A stretch of DNA of 64,000 bases from an uncultured virus (IMG/VR IMGVR_UViG_3300017963_000263). Lineage: Duplodnaviria; Heunggongvirae; Uroviricota; Caudoviricetes. The position numbers and the translations under genes are program-made. A model generated the notes under the pieces. It saw only the letters and a list, made by a program, of their open reading frames with translations. It ran no database searches and was not told the origin of the DNA. Below, piece by piece: positions 17,704 to 27,433 of this stretch (positions within the stretch are counted from its first letter, which is position 1; every line of letters begins with the position of its first letter). Where the stretch lies: the IMG/VR virus record IMGVR_UViG_3300017963_000263; one strand, written 5' to 3'.

Positions 17704-18368
17704 GGCGTCCCCGTTCCGGTTCCGGCGTCACTTGCGTCACACGCCATCTGGTACACTTCCCACCGCGCCATGTCGTCCCACCACTCGGCCATTCCCAGGG
17801 TGCCCGCGTCGCCCTCGAACTCGCTCATGCCGTCGTAGACCTCGAACTCTGTATCGGTGGCCGTCAGGCTTCCGCCCGAGGCTTCGACGAGATACGCAGT
17901 GGCGTGATCGTCTGCAACCAAAGCATCCTTCAGCTTGAACCGCCGCCGCGTTCCAATAGGCGGGGTTACAGCCAGCCACCGTCCGGACTTGTCGCGCACT
18001 ATCGGTACATACGCGCTCCCGGGCACCGCCACCCCGGACACGTTGTAGACAATCACATCCTTGCCCATGTCGCGCAAGTCGGGCACGGTGTCGGTCTCGT
18101 CAATTACGTAGATGTCACACGTTGCGCTGCCCGGCTCGTCATATCCCCCTGTGCCCGTGCCGCCGTCCCCGAGGGTTAGTCCGTCGATACCGCCCGCCGG
18201 CGTCTTAGCCACATACACTTCCGGGGCCTGGTGATCGTCGTTCTCCGCGTGTTGCCGCTCGCGAGGGAAGCGCCCGCGCGTGTTGAGCCCCTGTTTTTCG
18301 GCCCACGCGATAAGTCGCCGCAATACTGCTACGTCCCCAGAAGACAATCCGTGCAACGGTTCGGGCAT
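17700..18368 (-). CDS. Putative tail protein with GTGT motifs
   Basis: Position downstream of tape measure. Confidence 0.6.
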   Translation of the reverse strand: MPEPLHGLSSGDVAVLRRLIAWAEKQGLNTRGRFPRERQHAENDDHQAPEVYVAKTPAGGIDGLTLGDGGTGTGGYDEPGSATCDIYVIDETDTVPDLRDMGKDVIVYNVSGVAVPGSAYVPIVRDKSGRWLAVTPPIGTRRRFKLKDALVADDHATAYLVEASGGSLTATDTEFEVYDGMSEFEGDAGTLGMAEWWDDMARWEVYQMACDASDAGTGTGTP

Positions 18369-18372
18369 GTCA

Positions 18373-18855
18373 TCACCTCGGGAGCGCGTGGAGTATGCAG
18401 CGAACCTCGCCGCCGGGGCAGGCGACTTCTACCGGGTGCTCTGCACCGGCCGCCCAGTTGGGACTAAAGCGGGCAGACTCACCCACAGGGACGCGCCAAG
18501 AGAAATGGCCGGACACACCGCGGGGCCTAACAAGCACAGCCAGGCTTTCCGGGTCGGGCTGCTTCTCTTGGATGAACTGCATCCGTGGGAGGCCGCGGTT
18601 GTCGAGAATGAACAGGCCAGGCTCGTCAATCCACCCGAAGTCAAGGAGCCGCCATTCGGGGCCCACGCTGATTTTGCGGGTGTACGGCTGCTCGTCGCTT
18701 TCAAGCGTCCGGCTGAACGTAGCCTGAAAATGTTCCGGCTCATCCCCCGGAACCTGGTAATAGAGGTTGTCGACCACCGTTAACCGCGGCTTGGCATGCC
18801 GCATAGCGCCGAGGTCGATCTCTTGCTTTTCGCCGACTCGCTCCACGTCGGACAT
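18373..18855 (-). CDS. Putative virion protein
   Basis: Position; beta-rich; weak resemblance to 18874-19299. Confidence 0.55.
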   Translation of the reverse strand: MSDVERVGEKQEIDLGAMRHAKPRLTVVDNLYYQVPGDEPEHFQATFSRTLESDEQPYTRKISVGPEWRLLDFGWIDEPGLFILDNRGLPRMQFIQEKQPDPESLAVLVRPRGVSGHFSWRVPVGESARFSPNWAAGAEHPVEVACPGGEVRCILHALPR

Positions 18856-18873
18856 TGCTCGCTCCCTTTGTCT

Positions 18874-19299
18874 CTACGCCTCGAATGCCCCCACATAACA
18901 CTCACACGCCGCCGTATCGGCTTTCAGTCGCAGCGAGTTGCCCGAGCCAATGGTCCCCGTCCCGGTCCCCGTCTCCTGTCCCAGGTATCGCCAGAGGCGA
19001 AGGTCAACCCATTCACCGGGCAGTAATTCGCCCAGCCCGAAAAAGATGCTGTCGGTGGCGTCCCAGATTCCATAGGCGACGTGGTTTGTGTCGTCTAGGT
19101 TCATGATGCGGCACGCGCCGGGCGTCGACAGTTCCGTCAAATCAATGTTGACACCAGCCACCGTGGCCTGCACCGCACCGGGTACCGGGCCCTTAGCCGT
19201 CCCGCTCACGTCAAACGTGAAACTGGTAGGGTGTTCCCGCCAGTCCACATTGCCCTTTTTGTATGACAGGCTGCTGCGCCGCGTAGCTTCGTCACTCAT
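18874..19299 (-). CDS. Putative virion protein
   Basis: Position; GTGTGT motif. Confidence 0.6.
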   Translation of the reverse strand: MSDEATRRSSLSYKKGNVDWREHPTSFTFDVSGTAKGPVPGAVQATVAGVNIDLTELSTPGACRIMNLDDTNHVAYGIWDATDSIFFGLGELLPGEWVDLRLWRYLGQETGTGTGTIGSGNSLRLKADTAACECYVGAFEA

Positions 19300-19309
19300 A
19301 TTTAGCCCC

Positions 19310-20284
19310 CTAGAAGGAGGTTGGAATTCCGAGAGTCAGGAAGTTGCTCTCGTCAAAATGCTCGATGTCGATATACACTATGTCGTCCCCCGTGCCTGTG
19401 CCCGTACCGCTGCCCGATAGCGGCCGGCCGTATCCGTTCAACAACACGCGGCAGTTTTCACCGTTCACGTCCTTGAACCGCATAAAGTCCTGCGGGTTGT
19501 CCTCATCGACCCCGCTCGCCTCTGTCCACACGGGCGGGTCTACCTTTCGATTCCAATCGCCCTTGATGCACATATTGGAGTAGTCCGGCGTCTGTCGATC
19601 CCAGGTGCCGTAGTCGATGTCAAAATCAAACGTCCGTTTATAGTAGTAGTCGCACGTTCCATAGATCAGCCGCTGCCAAGAGACGTTTGAAAGGAGGATG
19701 GTGCGCGTGGCCAGGCCCCAGAGCGTGTCATCGTTCACCGTGAGATACATGGAAGCGAACGTGCTCAGCCCCAGGGCCGCCACGTTCTGCGACACTCGCA
19801 CGGTCGGGTTGCCGGCAGGGAATTCCACGTCCGGCCCCTGGAGCGGCTGGTGCGACGATGTCTTGAGCAGAGTGCCGTAGCGGTCTGTGGTAATTTCCTG
19901 GGTATACTTTACAAAACTGCCAGACACGTCCTGCGGCTCCAGCAGCGGGTCCTCAATAGACTCGTCCTGGCACCGTTTCATGGGGATCGTGGAAAACGTC
20001 TGCTCAACGTGCCACAAGCGAGCCGGGTGGCCGGGCGGAACGCCGGGAGCATGTGTTACGTTCATCGTCGGCAAACAGTACGCAAACGAATCTGCGCCGC
20101 CATAGTTCCATGTGCTCCCAATGGCCGGCAACCCCGTCGCCGACATAATGACGCTCGGGCCATCCGACACGTCCGCCGACACGCACCACGTTACGTGATA
20201 GGTGCGGTGTCCTTCGCGGTTCCGCTCCAGCCGCCACGCCACCCGTCGCAAGTTGCTGTCACCGTCTAGGGCGGTTGCACTCAT
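19310..20284 (-). CDS. Putative distal tail/hub protein
   Basis: Immediately follows tape measure. Confidence 0.6.
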   Translation of the reverse strand: MSATALDGDSNLRRVAWRLERNREGHRTYHVTWCVSADVSDGPSVIMSATGLPAIGSTWNYGGADSFAYCLPTMNVTHAPGVPPGHPARLWHVEQTFSTIPMKRCQDESIEDPLLEPQDVSGSFVKYTQEITTDRYGTLLKTSSHQPLQGPDVEFPAGNPTVRVSQNVAALGLSTFASMYLTVNDDTLWGLATRTILLSNVSWQRLIYGTCDYYYKRTFDFDIDYGTWDRQTPDYSNMCIKGDWNRKVDPPVWTEASGVDEDNPQDFMRFKDVNGENCRVLLNGYGRPLSGSGTGTGTGDDIVYIDIEHFDESNFLTLGIPTSF

Positions 20285-22428
20285 TATGCCATGCCCCCCA
20301 GGTCGGCAGCCTCCAGCCCGTGTGACTGCATGGTGGCGTTCAGAACGTCCAGTTTGTTTGCCAGGGGGGCCGTGGCGTTTGCAATGGCCCCCAGTTTCCT
20401 GCTGTCCTCTTGTGCCTGGCTGGGTTCCTGCGCGCTCATCGCAAGGCGCGACTCTTGGATGAGAAGCTGCTCGGCCACCGAACCGCGGCGGATCGTCTGC
20501 ACCGCTTCGGGCTGGATACGCTCAACACCCCCGACAGCATTTTCGTATTCGTCGATGGCCGCCTTGGTCGCGCGCCGGAACGTCTCGCCGAACTGCTCCT
20601 CTCCGAGGACATCGAGCATGCGTTTGTAATCTGCGATCTTCTTTTGGGCAATCTCAAAGGGGGTGGCGAATTGCTCAATCAGTGCCTCGCCTTGCTGCTG
20701 GGTTTCTAACTTCTCCCGGTCGGCTAGCATACCGGCCACAGCGTTTTCGTAGTCCTCGAAGAATGCCGCGGCCCCGCCAAACGGCGCGAATGCTTCTTCG
20801 GGAAGCTGGTCCATCTCCTCGTGGATACGCACCATTGCCTGTTCAAGGTCAGTAGCCCCCTGCAACTCAAACCTCACATCGCGCCACTGGTCTTCGATTT
20901 CACCAAGAGCATCCTCTGGCCCTGAAGTATCAATCTCTAACGGGATGGGTGCCATCATGGCTTGGCGGGCATCTTCGGCCTTCTGTCTCAAGCGGTTTAG
21001 CCGTTGCTCTTCCTCCTCGATATACAAAGCGGCAATGTCGAGCCCGACCCCCATGCCACCAATCTGTACGGTGCCAGCGCCCGGCACCTGCTGGCGCACT
21101 GACTCTTCTTCATAGGCAAATGCCTTTTTGATTGCTGCTAGTTTCTCCTCGGCCTCCGCAACTTGCGCAGACAAAGCCAGAAATTGCTGCCTCTCTACGG
21201 GCATTTCATTGACTGCCCGCGAAGCATTGCGCACCGATTCCGCATAGCCATCCGTTGCCGCCGCAGCTTGATCCATGGCCGTTTTCGCCGCGCCGCCCAT
21301 TTTGGCTACCCCTTTTCCCGACTCCTCCGCTTCTTTGGTGGCCTCCTGAACGCGGTTGCGATATAGCATGATAGCACCAGTGGCAACCGTGAGGCCGCCA
21401 GCAATAGCAAGCCACCCCTTGGGACCAGCCATCGCTTTGAAGGCGATCGCCGCAACCGTCGCCGCCTGCGTTGCGATATAGAACGCCACGGTCTGGATCT
21501 TTGCGGCCAGGGCCGCAAAGCTATAAGCCTTGAGCCCTGTCGCCAGCCAGGGAAGGATTTTTGCCAGCGTGGACATCGTGAGCAAGACGGGGCCAACTGT
21601 TGCAGCGAGCCCGGCCGTAACAATAACAACCTCCTTGATGCTTGTGGGTAGGGCATGAAACCACCGCACCAACTCTTCCACCACGCCAATAAGCGGCTTG
21701 AGGTACTTGGCCATAATCTGCCCAATTTCCTCTTGCAGCACATCACCCATTACGTTCTTCAGTTGCTGCAAGCGCCCCCCAAATGACTCAGCCTCAGCTT
21801 CTGCAACAGCAAACATCGTGCCCAGCATTCGGTGGGCCTCGGCAACCCGCTCTTCCTGGTCTTCTATCAAACGCAGCGACGGAAGGTAGCGATTCAACAT
21901 CATTGTTTCGCCTTGCGCCAATGCCGCGGTATATCGTCCTGCGCTGCGTGCGTTCATGCCAACGGCCGCCGCCAATGCCTTGGCCTCGCGCGCAGCCACC
22001 TTGGCCTGCTCGGCCGTAAGCCCCAGGGCAAAGGAGGTACGCAGCATTTCTAGGTACGCCTCATCGCCTGTAGTGGTGATGAGTTGCAGGCCGCTTGCGA
22101 ACTCCTGAAGATCGGCAAAGCTCTTTTCTGTGTATTGATCGGTGGCCTGCATGATGCCGCGCAGGGTGATCTCGGCATTCTCCTGAACCGCATATGCCGC
22201 AGTAGCCACGGCCGTCATGGCTGCCAGGGGCGCAGTAACGGCAAGCGACATTTGCTTGCCAAGGTTCTCCAGGTCCGCGGCGTAGCGTTCGATTCTCTCG
22301 CCCGCTTCCTCAACCTTGTCAGCGGTCTCTTCCGTCCCTTCCTCAGCCTCCTTGAGCATGGCAAGATAGCTCTCGGCATCGCCGATAAGCCTCATCACCA
22401 TCCGTTCAAGTTCAACTTCGCTACTCAT
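20284..22428 (-). CDS. Tail tape measure protein
   Basis: 714 aa, Ala-rich helical, central hydrophobic segment, follows the chaperone pair. Confidence 0.85.
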   Translation of the reverse strand: MSSEVELERMVMRLIGDAESYLAMLKEAEEGTEETADKVEEAGERIERYAADLENLGKQMSLAVTAPLAAMTAVATAAYAVQENAEITLRGIMQATDQYTEKSFADLQEFASGLQLITTTGDEAYLEMLRTSFALGLTAEQAKVAAREAKALAAAVGMNARSAGRYTAALAQGETMMLNRYLPSLRLIEDQEERVAEAHRMLGTMFAVAEAEAESFGGRLQQLKNVMGDVLQEEIGQIMAKYLKPLIGVVEELVRWFHALPTSIKEVVIVTAGLAATVGPVLLTMSTLAKILPWLATGLKAYSFAALAAKIQTVAFYIATQAATVAAIAFKAMAGPKGWLAIAGGLTVATGAIMLYRNRVQEATKEAEESGKGVAKMGGAAKTAMDQAAAATDGYAESVRNASRAVNEMPVERQQFLALSAQVAEAEEKLAAIKKAFAYEEESVRQQVPGAGTVQIGGMGVGLDIAALYIEEEEQRLNRLRQKAEDARQAMMAPIPLEIDTSGPEDALGEIEDQWRDVRFELQGATDLEQAMVRIHEEMDQLPEEAFAPFGGAAAFFEDYENAVAGMLADREKLETQQQGEALIEQFATPFEIAQKKIADYKRMLDVLGEEQFGETFRRATKAAIDEYENAVGGVERIQPEAVQTIRRGSVAEQLLIQESRLAMSAQEPSQAQEDSRKLGAIANATAPLANKLDVLNATMQSHGLEAADLGGMA

Positions 22429-22810
22429 TATTTCTCGGCCGCGTCTTGTACTTGATCTTGCCGCCCATCGCCCGCATGATCCCCTTCCACAACCCCTTGT
22501 CGCGCTTCAGCTTGTCTGCCTTCTCCTCTTCCGTAAGTGGTTCTTCGGGTTCTTCAAACTGAATCAGTTGGTCGTCTAACAGGATTTGCCCCGGCTCCTT
22601 GGACAACACTTGCTGCACGCGCTGGCCAACACGGGCCAGGAAGTACAACACCGGGTCCATCATTACGCGGTCAATGGGGCCGGGCTGTGGCCACCTGCGC
22701 TTTTCCACCTCCAACCAGGTACGGTATTCCCTCCAGGTGACGGCCTTCATCGTCTGGCGAAGCGGCAAACCTACTTGAGCGGACAGACGCATCCAACTCC
22801 CGTAGGTCAC
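22421..22810 (-). CDS. Tail assembly chaperone, frameshift extension (gpT-like)
   Basis: Lies in the -1 frame after slippery G GGA AAC. Confidence 0.7.
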   Translation of the reverse strand: MTYGSWMRLSAQVGLPLRQTMKAVTWREYRTWLEVEKRRWPQPGPIDRVMMDPVLYFLARVGQRVQQVLSKEPGQILLDDQLIQFEEPEEPLTEEEKADKLKRDKGLWKGIMRAMGGKIKYKTRPRNNE

Positions 22811-23298
22811 TGCGCGTTTCCCAGCGACTCCTCTTGCTGCGACATGGATTCAATGTGCTCGTTCAGCTTGTCGCGTTGTTCGCGCAACGACTTCAGCGTA
22901 CCACGAACTTCGGTCAGCTCGCTGATTTCCTCTGCCTTCTCGTAGAGTTGTTTGACGATGCGAGCGGGCCAGGTGCGGATAGTAGCCTCGGGCACGCGGA
23001 CGGGGTGACTGTCGCCGTTTTCTCCGTCCACCATCTTCCGGCGCAGTTCCCCGCCGTGATCCTCGGCCTCGAACAGGCAGAGGTGAACCAGCAGCGGCTC
23101 CCGGTCGGCGAACCCATGCACCCCGAACTCCTTGCCCTCTTTGGACGCGCGCACGGCCGCGAACGTCCAGTTGCGGAACTTGGTGCCGGCCTCGCCGTCG
23201 GCCTCGCACAGAAGATAGACGTGGCCCCCGTACCTTACCGGAATCTGGATCGGGGTCAGGTCGTCAAAGTTGAATTCGCTCCCTTGTACTTCACTCAC
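22807..23298 (-). CDS. Tail assembly chaperone (gpG-like)
   Basis: Between tail tube and tape measure; ends at the slippery site. Confidence 0.75.
   Translation of the reverse strand: MSEVQGSEFNFDDLTPIQIPVRYGGHVYLLCEADGEAGTKFRNWTFAAVRASKEGKEFGVHGFADREPLLVHLCLFEAEDHGGELRRKMVDGENGDSHPVRVPEATIRTWPARIVKQLYEKAEEISELTEVRGTLKSLREQRDKLNEHIESMSQQEESLGNAQ
22816..22822 (-). other. Programmed -1 frameshift heptamer GGGAAAC
   Basis: CTG GGA AAC GCG CAG TGA; -1 slip gives GGG AAA CGC GCA GTG ACC TAC, entering 22421-22810. Confidence 0.8.
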
Positions 23299-23319
23299 GG
23301 TTCGCTCCTTATAGTGTGA

Positions 23320-23808
23320 TTACGTGCCGGCAACCTCCGTCATAACAGGACCGGCTTCCAGGCGGTTGACCGGGTCCCAGTTGGTCGGGACCAGGACGAT
23401 ATCAGCAAGAGGGTAAGTGCCCCGCGCAAGTCGCTGAGCCTTGAAGGATCGCAGGTATCCCCAACAGTCCAGCGTAGAGCCGTCGGGGAATTGGATCGTG
23501 AAAGACGAGTCGGAACTGTCGTCCTTATTGCAGATCGCTATGCACTCGTCGTAGGCGTCGGGGTCGTAGCCGACCACCGCAGACACGGGCTCCAGGTCGA
23601 TGAGCGCTTGCGCAATCTTCGTTATGTACGTCGAGTTGTGCATCGTCGTAGTGTCGATCGGCTCGCCGCCCTCGACGCCCGGCGGCGTCACCTCCTTGAT
23701 CCACAGCGAGATGTTCGTGTCTTCGCCAAACCCGATAAGAGTCTGGTAGCCGTCCTTCAGGTCGATACCGTCGGGAGCCACGGGGGTAATGGTGGAAGGG
23801 TCGGCCAT
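23320..23808 (-). CDS. Major tail tube protein
   Basis: VTPPGVEGGEPIDTTT...FPDGS..GYL pattern; position. Confidence 0.75.
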   Translation of the reverse strand: MADPSTITPVAPDGIDLKDGYQTLIGFGEDTNISLWIKEVTPPGVEGGEPIDTTTMHNSTYITKIAQALIDLEPVSAVVGYDPDAYDECIAICNKDDSSDSSFTIQFPDGSTLDCWGYLRSFKAQRLARGTYPLADIVLVPTNWDPVNRLEAGPVMTEVAGT

Positions 23809-23825
23809 GGTATATCTCCCGGGGT

Positions 23826-24275
23826 TTAAGCTGTTTGTCTCAAAGCGACGTCGTAGTTAAGCGCGAACACCACACGCCCACGGCTTTCCGGTTCTGCGCC
23901 AAGGGCCAGGGGGCCATTCATGCGCGAAGCGTTGTATACGAGGTAGGTAGCACTGCCGACGTTGGTGGACGTTAGCCGGACGCTCTTGTCCAGAGCCTGG
24001 GCGGCATCGTTTGCCTTTGCGTAGCCGGTGTCGTCGGAGCCCGAGCGTACCCGTACCTGCACGCCGAACCGATCGCACACCAGTCCGTCTTGCATGTGCG
24101 AGCCCTCAAGGGTTACGCCCGAATCCAAAACGGTGATGCAGTTGTCGGGGTCTCCCGGTTCGCGCGTGGCGAACACAGGCCAGCTCCCCGCGTCGGCCGG
24201 GTCGGTGCCGATAGACAGGTCTTCCAGCAATTGCCGAACAACCCGCGCCGGACTGTGGTCTAATGCTCCGCTCAT
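23826..24275 (-). CDS. Tail terminator/minor capsid-like protein
   Basis: VQVRVRS...Y..A; position. Confidence 0.65.
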   Translation of the reverse strand: MSGALDHSPARVVRQLLEDLSIGTDPADAGSWPVFATREPGDPDNCITVLDSGVTLEGSHMQDGLVCDRFGVQVRVRSGSDDTGYAKANDAAQALDKSVRLTSTNVGSATYLVYNASRMNGPLALGAEPESRGRVVFALNYDVALRQTA

Positions 24276-24712
24276 CCGGCCACCTGCTGGCGTGTCTTGA
24301 TAACGTCTGCCCTGATGGCGTCGGATTGGGCCCGCGCGTCTGCCGCGGCAGACCCAGCGTCCTTTTCCAGTGCCGTGAACGCGCTTGCCTTGAGGGCGCT
24401 CGTGTCAACCGGCGTGTTCGTTTGGCTGTCCCGCTGGAGCCTTAGCCCAGCCAGAAGCAAGCCCTGCTCAAGGCCCGCCTTGGAACGCATCGCCTGCCGG
24501 ACAATGGCGGGCAACGTCGTGCGCAACGCGGTGGCCGCACGTTGCAGATACTTCCATCCACCCACACGGTAGTTCCTATCCGTCTCGTGAACCCACAGGG
24601 CGTAGTTCTGTGTGTAGCCCACAACGACCGAGACGTAGCGGTGCCGTGCTGCCTTGGCATAAAGTTGCCGCAGTAGGCGAGTGACGTTCTCTGCTCGTTC
24701 GAGTTTGGCCAT
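24272..24712 (-). CDS. Neck protein (HK97 gp10-like)
   Basis: YALWVHE, KYL, PVDTSALKAS. Confidence 0.7.
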   Translation of the reverse strand: MAKLERAENVTRLLRQLYAKAARHRYVSVVVGYTQNYALWVHETDRNYRVGGWKYLQRAATALRTTLPAIVRQAMRSKAGLEQGLLLAGLRLQRDSQTNTPVDTSALKASAFTALEKDAGSAAADARAQSDAIRADVIKTRQQVAG

Positions 24713-25125
24713 TAGTCCCTGTTCGCGTAGTCGGTCTGTGACGATGGAGGCAATCCAAGCCACGTAACGTCCACCGTGGTCACTCCCTCGTCGAGGTCGC
24801 GGAGGTAGCCGGTCACGTCCATAATCATGGCTGATTGGCCCCACTGCGTGGACGAGAGCCCCATGCCGAATTGCCCCTGGTACGTTGCAGAAGCGCCGCC
24901 TGTAGATTCGCTCGCGTATTGCTGGTGCCGATGTGCGGCAAAATGCGCGGCCAGGTACTTCTCGATCTCCGCGAGCATCGCGTCGGTAAGCTCGTCGGAG
25001 CTATCCTCTGCGGCGACCTTGTCCGTCAGAGCGTTGGCCGTGTCGAGAAACGGGCGCATGGAATCCGTGTCCTTGACCTCAATCAAGTCGCGGATCTCCT
25101 GCTCGTCCGACACCCGCCATCCCAT
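24712..25125 (-). CDS. Head-tail connector/adaptor
   Basis: YLAAH...SES.GG...ST.WGQ. Confidence 0.7.
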   Translation of the reverse strand: MGWRVSDEQEIRDLIEVKDTDSMRPFLDTANALTDKVAAEDSSDELTDAMLAEIEKYLAAHFAAHRHQQYASESTGGASATYQGQFGMGLSSTQWGQSAMIMDVTGYLRDLDEGVTTVDVTWLGLPPSSQTDYANRD

Positions 25126-25130
25126 GTCCT

Positions 25131-25559
25131 TTACTCCTGGTCACGCTCTTGCCGTACCATGCGAATCCACTCGATGATGTCTGCCTTCTTTGTGGCCTCG
25201 CCAAGGTCGATCTCCTCGGCAACGGACAACTCCCGAAGCTGCGCCACGGTCATCGCCTCCAGCTCGTCCACGGGCGGTGCGTTGCCGTCGTACTTGTCCG
25301 GCATGGAATCGTCGACTCGCTCGAATTTCTTCGCGCCGTGGGCGGGGTTGTGCTTGGACAGGTCGCTGCGAGAGGCCACGATGTCGCCATCGACATAGAC
25401 GCGAGGGCTGAACATCGGCGCTCCCGTCGGGTCTCTCCGGTAGGTGCCTGGTATCGCACCCTCGGAATGAACACCCTCTTTGATGCGGAATTTCCCGACG
25501 ACAGGACGAAGGGACCAGGGGTCAACAGCTTCTTTGACCCCGGTGGGGGCAGAACTCAT
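25131..25559 (-). CDS. Protein with C-terminal Rho-N/HeH-like helical motif
   Basis: LEAMTVAQLREL...KKADII; follows capsid. Confidence 0.6.
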   Translation of the reverse strand: MSSAPTGVKEAVDPWSLRPVVGKFRIKEGVHSEGAIPGTYRRDPTGAPMFSPRVYVDGDIVASRSDLSKHNPAHGAKKFERVDDSMPDKYDGNAPPVDELEAMTVAQLRELSVAEEIDLGEATKKADIIEWIRMVRQERDQE

Positions 25560-25627
25560 AAGATCGCTCCTTATGGTATTTACGCCCCACTGGGCCCTGC
25601 CCGCCCGGTGGGGCGCGGGGGTGATGG

Positions 25628-26842
25628 TTACGACGTGGTTCCGTGGACGATCGACGCATACTTTGTGCTCGTCGACGTCCCGATGTATCGCTCTCGCATG
25701 GCCGGGACCTGGATGGCCATCACGCGGAAATGTACCATTGAACCGCCCTGGCTTTCCCACTGGACGGTCGTCAACTCCATTCCGTTAATAGCCTCAAGCG
25801 TGTCGTCCCAACCAACCAGAAGCAGTTCATCCGTGCTGGTGAAGAACTGGAGGGGCTTCACCTCGCGGATCTCTTCCAGCTCCAGCACCCGCTGCTTGAC
25901 CGTCTTGGTCGGCGCGGCACCGCCGCTGGTGACGTAGGTCCAGTAATCTCGGTTGAGATACTGGGCCCAAGAGGTTGAGTAGTACAGGGTGAACGGGCCA
26001 TACATATTCTGGGCCCGAGCCAATTCGATCATAGCCATCACGTCGGTCAGGAACGTGGTGGCGACAAACGAGGCGGTGGCCGTGACGTCGGTTTTCGTGA
26101 TCCGGCCGGGCTGCGTACGGAAACCGTAGATTCCCCGGCGCGTGTAGGTGTCGGAACTTCCAATCGTGAGGCTTGACAGATCGGTCATGCCGATCGTTAC
26201 CTTCTCGATCAGTTCGCCCACGGCCTTGCCGGCTTCGGCCGCCATTCCCGTCTCAAGCGGCGTGCCGGCGTTGCGGGCCACGGCCAGTTCGCGCTGGTCG
26301 AACTCAAAGCCGCATTGCGTGATCGGCAGGGGCAACGTGTCGAGGTCGTAGAGCTGCCGGTCTTGACGCGTCTGCGTCGAAACGTGCATGCTCATCGTCG
26401 CATCGGACGCCCCGGTGACCCGGTGCCTGGACAGGCCCATGACCCCCATGGCATCGAAGCCGCCGTACGTCCCGTGCGCCCGCAGGTCCGCCCACGCCTG
26501 CATGGGCTTGCGCGCCGCAGGAATGACGCGCTGGTCGATCTTCTCCCACGCGTCCTTCGTCAACGCGGTGGCGTTGTAGGTCGGCGGCACCAGCCCCTTC
26601 TGGACGAGGTAGTCTACGGGCACCGCTTTGACTTCCGGCACCTCCTGGCCAGCGGCGTTCGTCGTAAACTTGCCGGTGCGAACGTCGCAATAGGCGCGAC
26701 CGTCTCGCCGGGAGAGGAAGGGGCGCTTGAGACCGGGATCGAAATTGATCCGTTGCATCTCTTGGGCGACTTCGCCGTCACCGACAAACCCACCGTTCCC
26801 GTTCGGGGTCAACCAGTCGAGTTGAGCGTTGCTCACGTACAT
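25628..26842 (-). CDS. Major capsid protein (HK97 fold, encapsulin/linocin-like type)
   Basis: 404 aa; PLPITQCGF..DQREL, IYGFRTQP, YGPFTLY; position. Confidence 0.8.
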   Translation of the reverse strand: MYVSNAQLDWLTPNGNGGFVGDGEVAQEMQRINFDPGLKRPFLSRRDGRAYCDVRTGKFTTNAAGQEVPEVKAVPVDYLVQKGLVPPTYNATALTKDAWEKIDQRVIPAARKPMQAWADLRAHGTYGGFDAMGVMGLSRHRVTGASDATMSMHVSTQTRQDRQLYDLDTLPLPITQCGFEFDQRELAVARNAGTPLETGMAAEAGKAVGELIEKVTIGMTDLSSLTIGSSDTYTRRGIYGFRTQPGRITKTDVTATASFVATTFLTDVMAMIELARAQNMYGPFTLYYSTSWAQYLNRDYWTYVTSGGAAPTKTVKQRVLELEEIREVKPLQFFTSTDELLLVGWDDTLEAINGMELTTVQWESQGGSMVHFRVMAIQVPAMRERYIGTSTSTKYASIVHGTTS

Positions 26843-26871
26843 ATTAAGGGTCTCCCTTTTCGGGCTAGGGG

Positions 26872-27399
26872 TTAGGCTCCATGTCCGCGGAACATCACCC
26901 AGTTGTGGGCATCCGCAGTCAGCGCCGTGGTCACAGCCTCCATGATGTGGAACGGGTGGGCCTCGGCGTCCGAATCGCATGCCAGCAGCTTGCCCGTGCC
27001 GTCGTCCACCATGAGTTCCTGCCCGAGGGTAAACGTGTCACCCGTGCCGGACTGGTTCTGGAGGATCATGTTGAACTCTTCGCCTGCTACCGGGATGTAC
27101 AGGTAGCACATATCCCCGGCCGCATAGGCGTCGTCGTAGGTCTTTCCCTCCTTGTAGTTTTCAAGGAGGATGGCGATCAGTTTGCGGTCACCGTCGGCAG
27201 TGACGAAGTTGCCGCCGCTCGCGGCCGTGACGCCGTAGGGTGTCCAGTAGAAGAAGCTGGAGACCGCCGCGGTGGCCGTCATCTCCATCACCGTTCCCGG
27301 CTTCGGAGTCTGGCCGGTGGCGATCAACCCTTCTTTGTAGATCCCCTTGGCAGCGCCGCCGGGATGGGACACTTGGATTCGCGTTCCCTTCATACCCAT
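26872..27399 (-). CDS. Head decoration/cement protein
   Basis: Between protease-scaffold and capsid; KPG...DDAYAAGD...G.GKL. Confidence 0.65.
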   Translation of the reverse strand: MGMKGTRIQVSHPGGAAKGIYKEGLIATGQTPKPGTVMEMTATAAVSSFFYWTPYGVTAASGGNFVTADGDRKLIAILLENYKEGKTYDDAYAAGDMCYLYIPVAGEEFNMILQNQSGTGDTFTLGQELMVDDGTGKLLACDSDAEAHPFHIMEAVTTALTADAHNWVMFRGHGA

Positions 27400-27433
27400 A
27401 TTTAGGGCTCCTTATTCGGAAGGTAGTTGTCGG

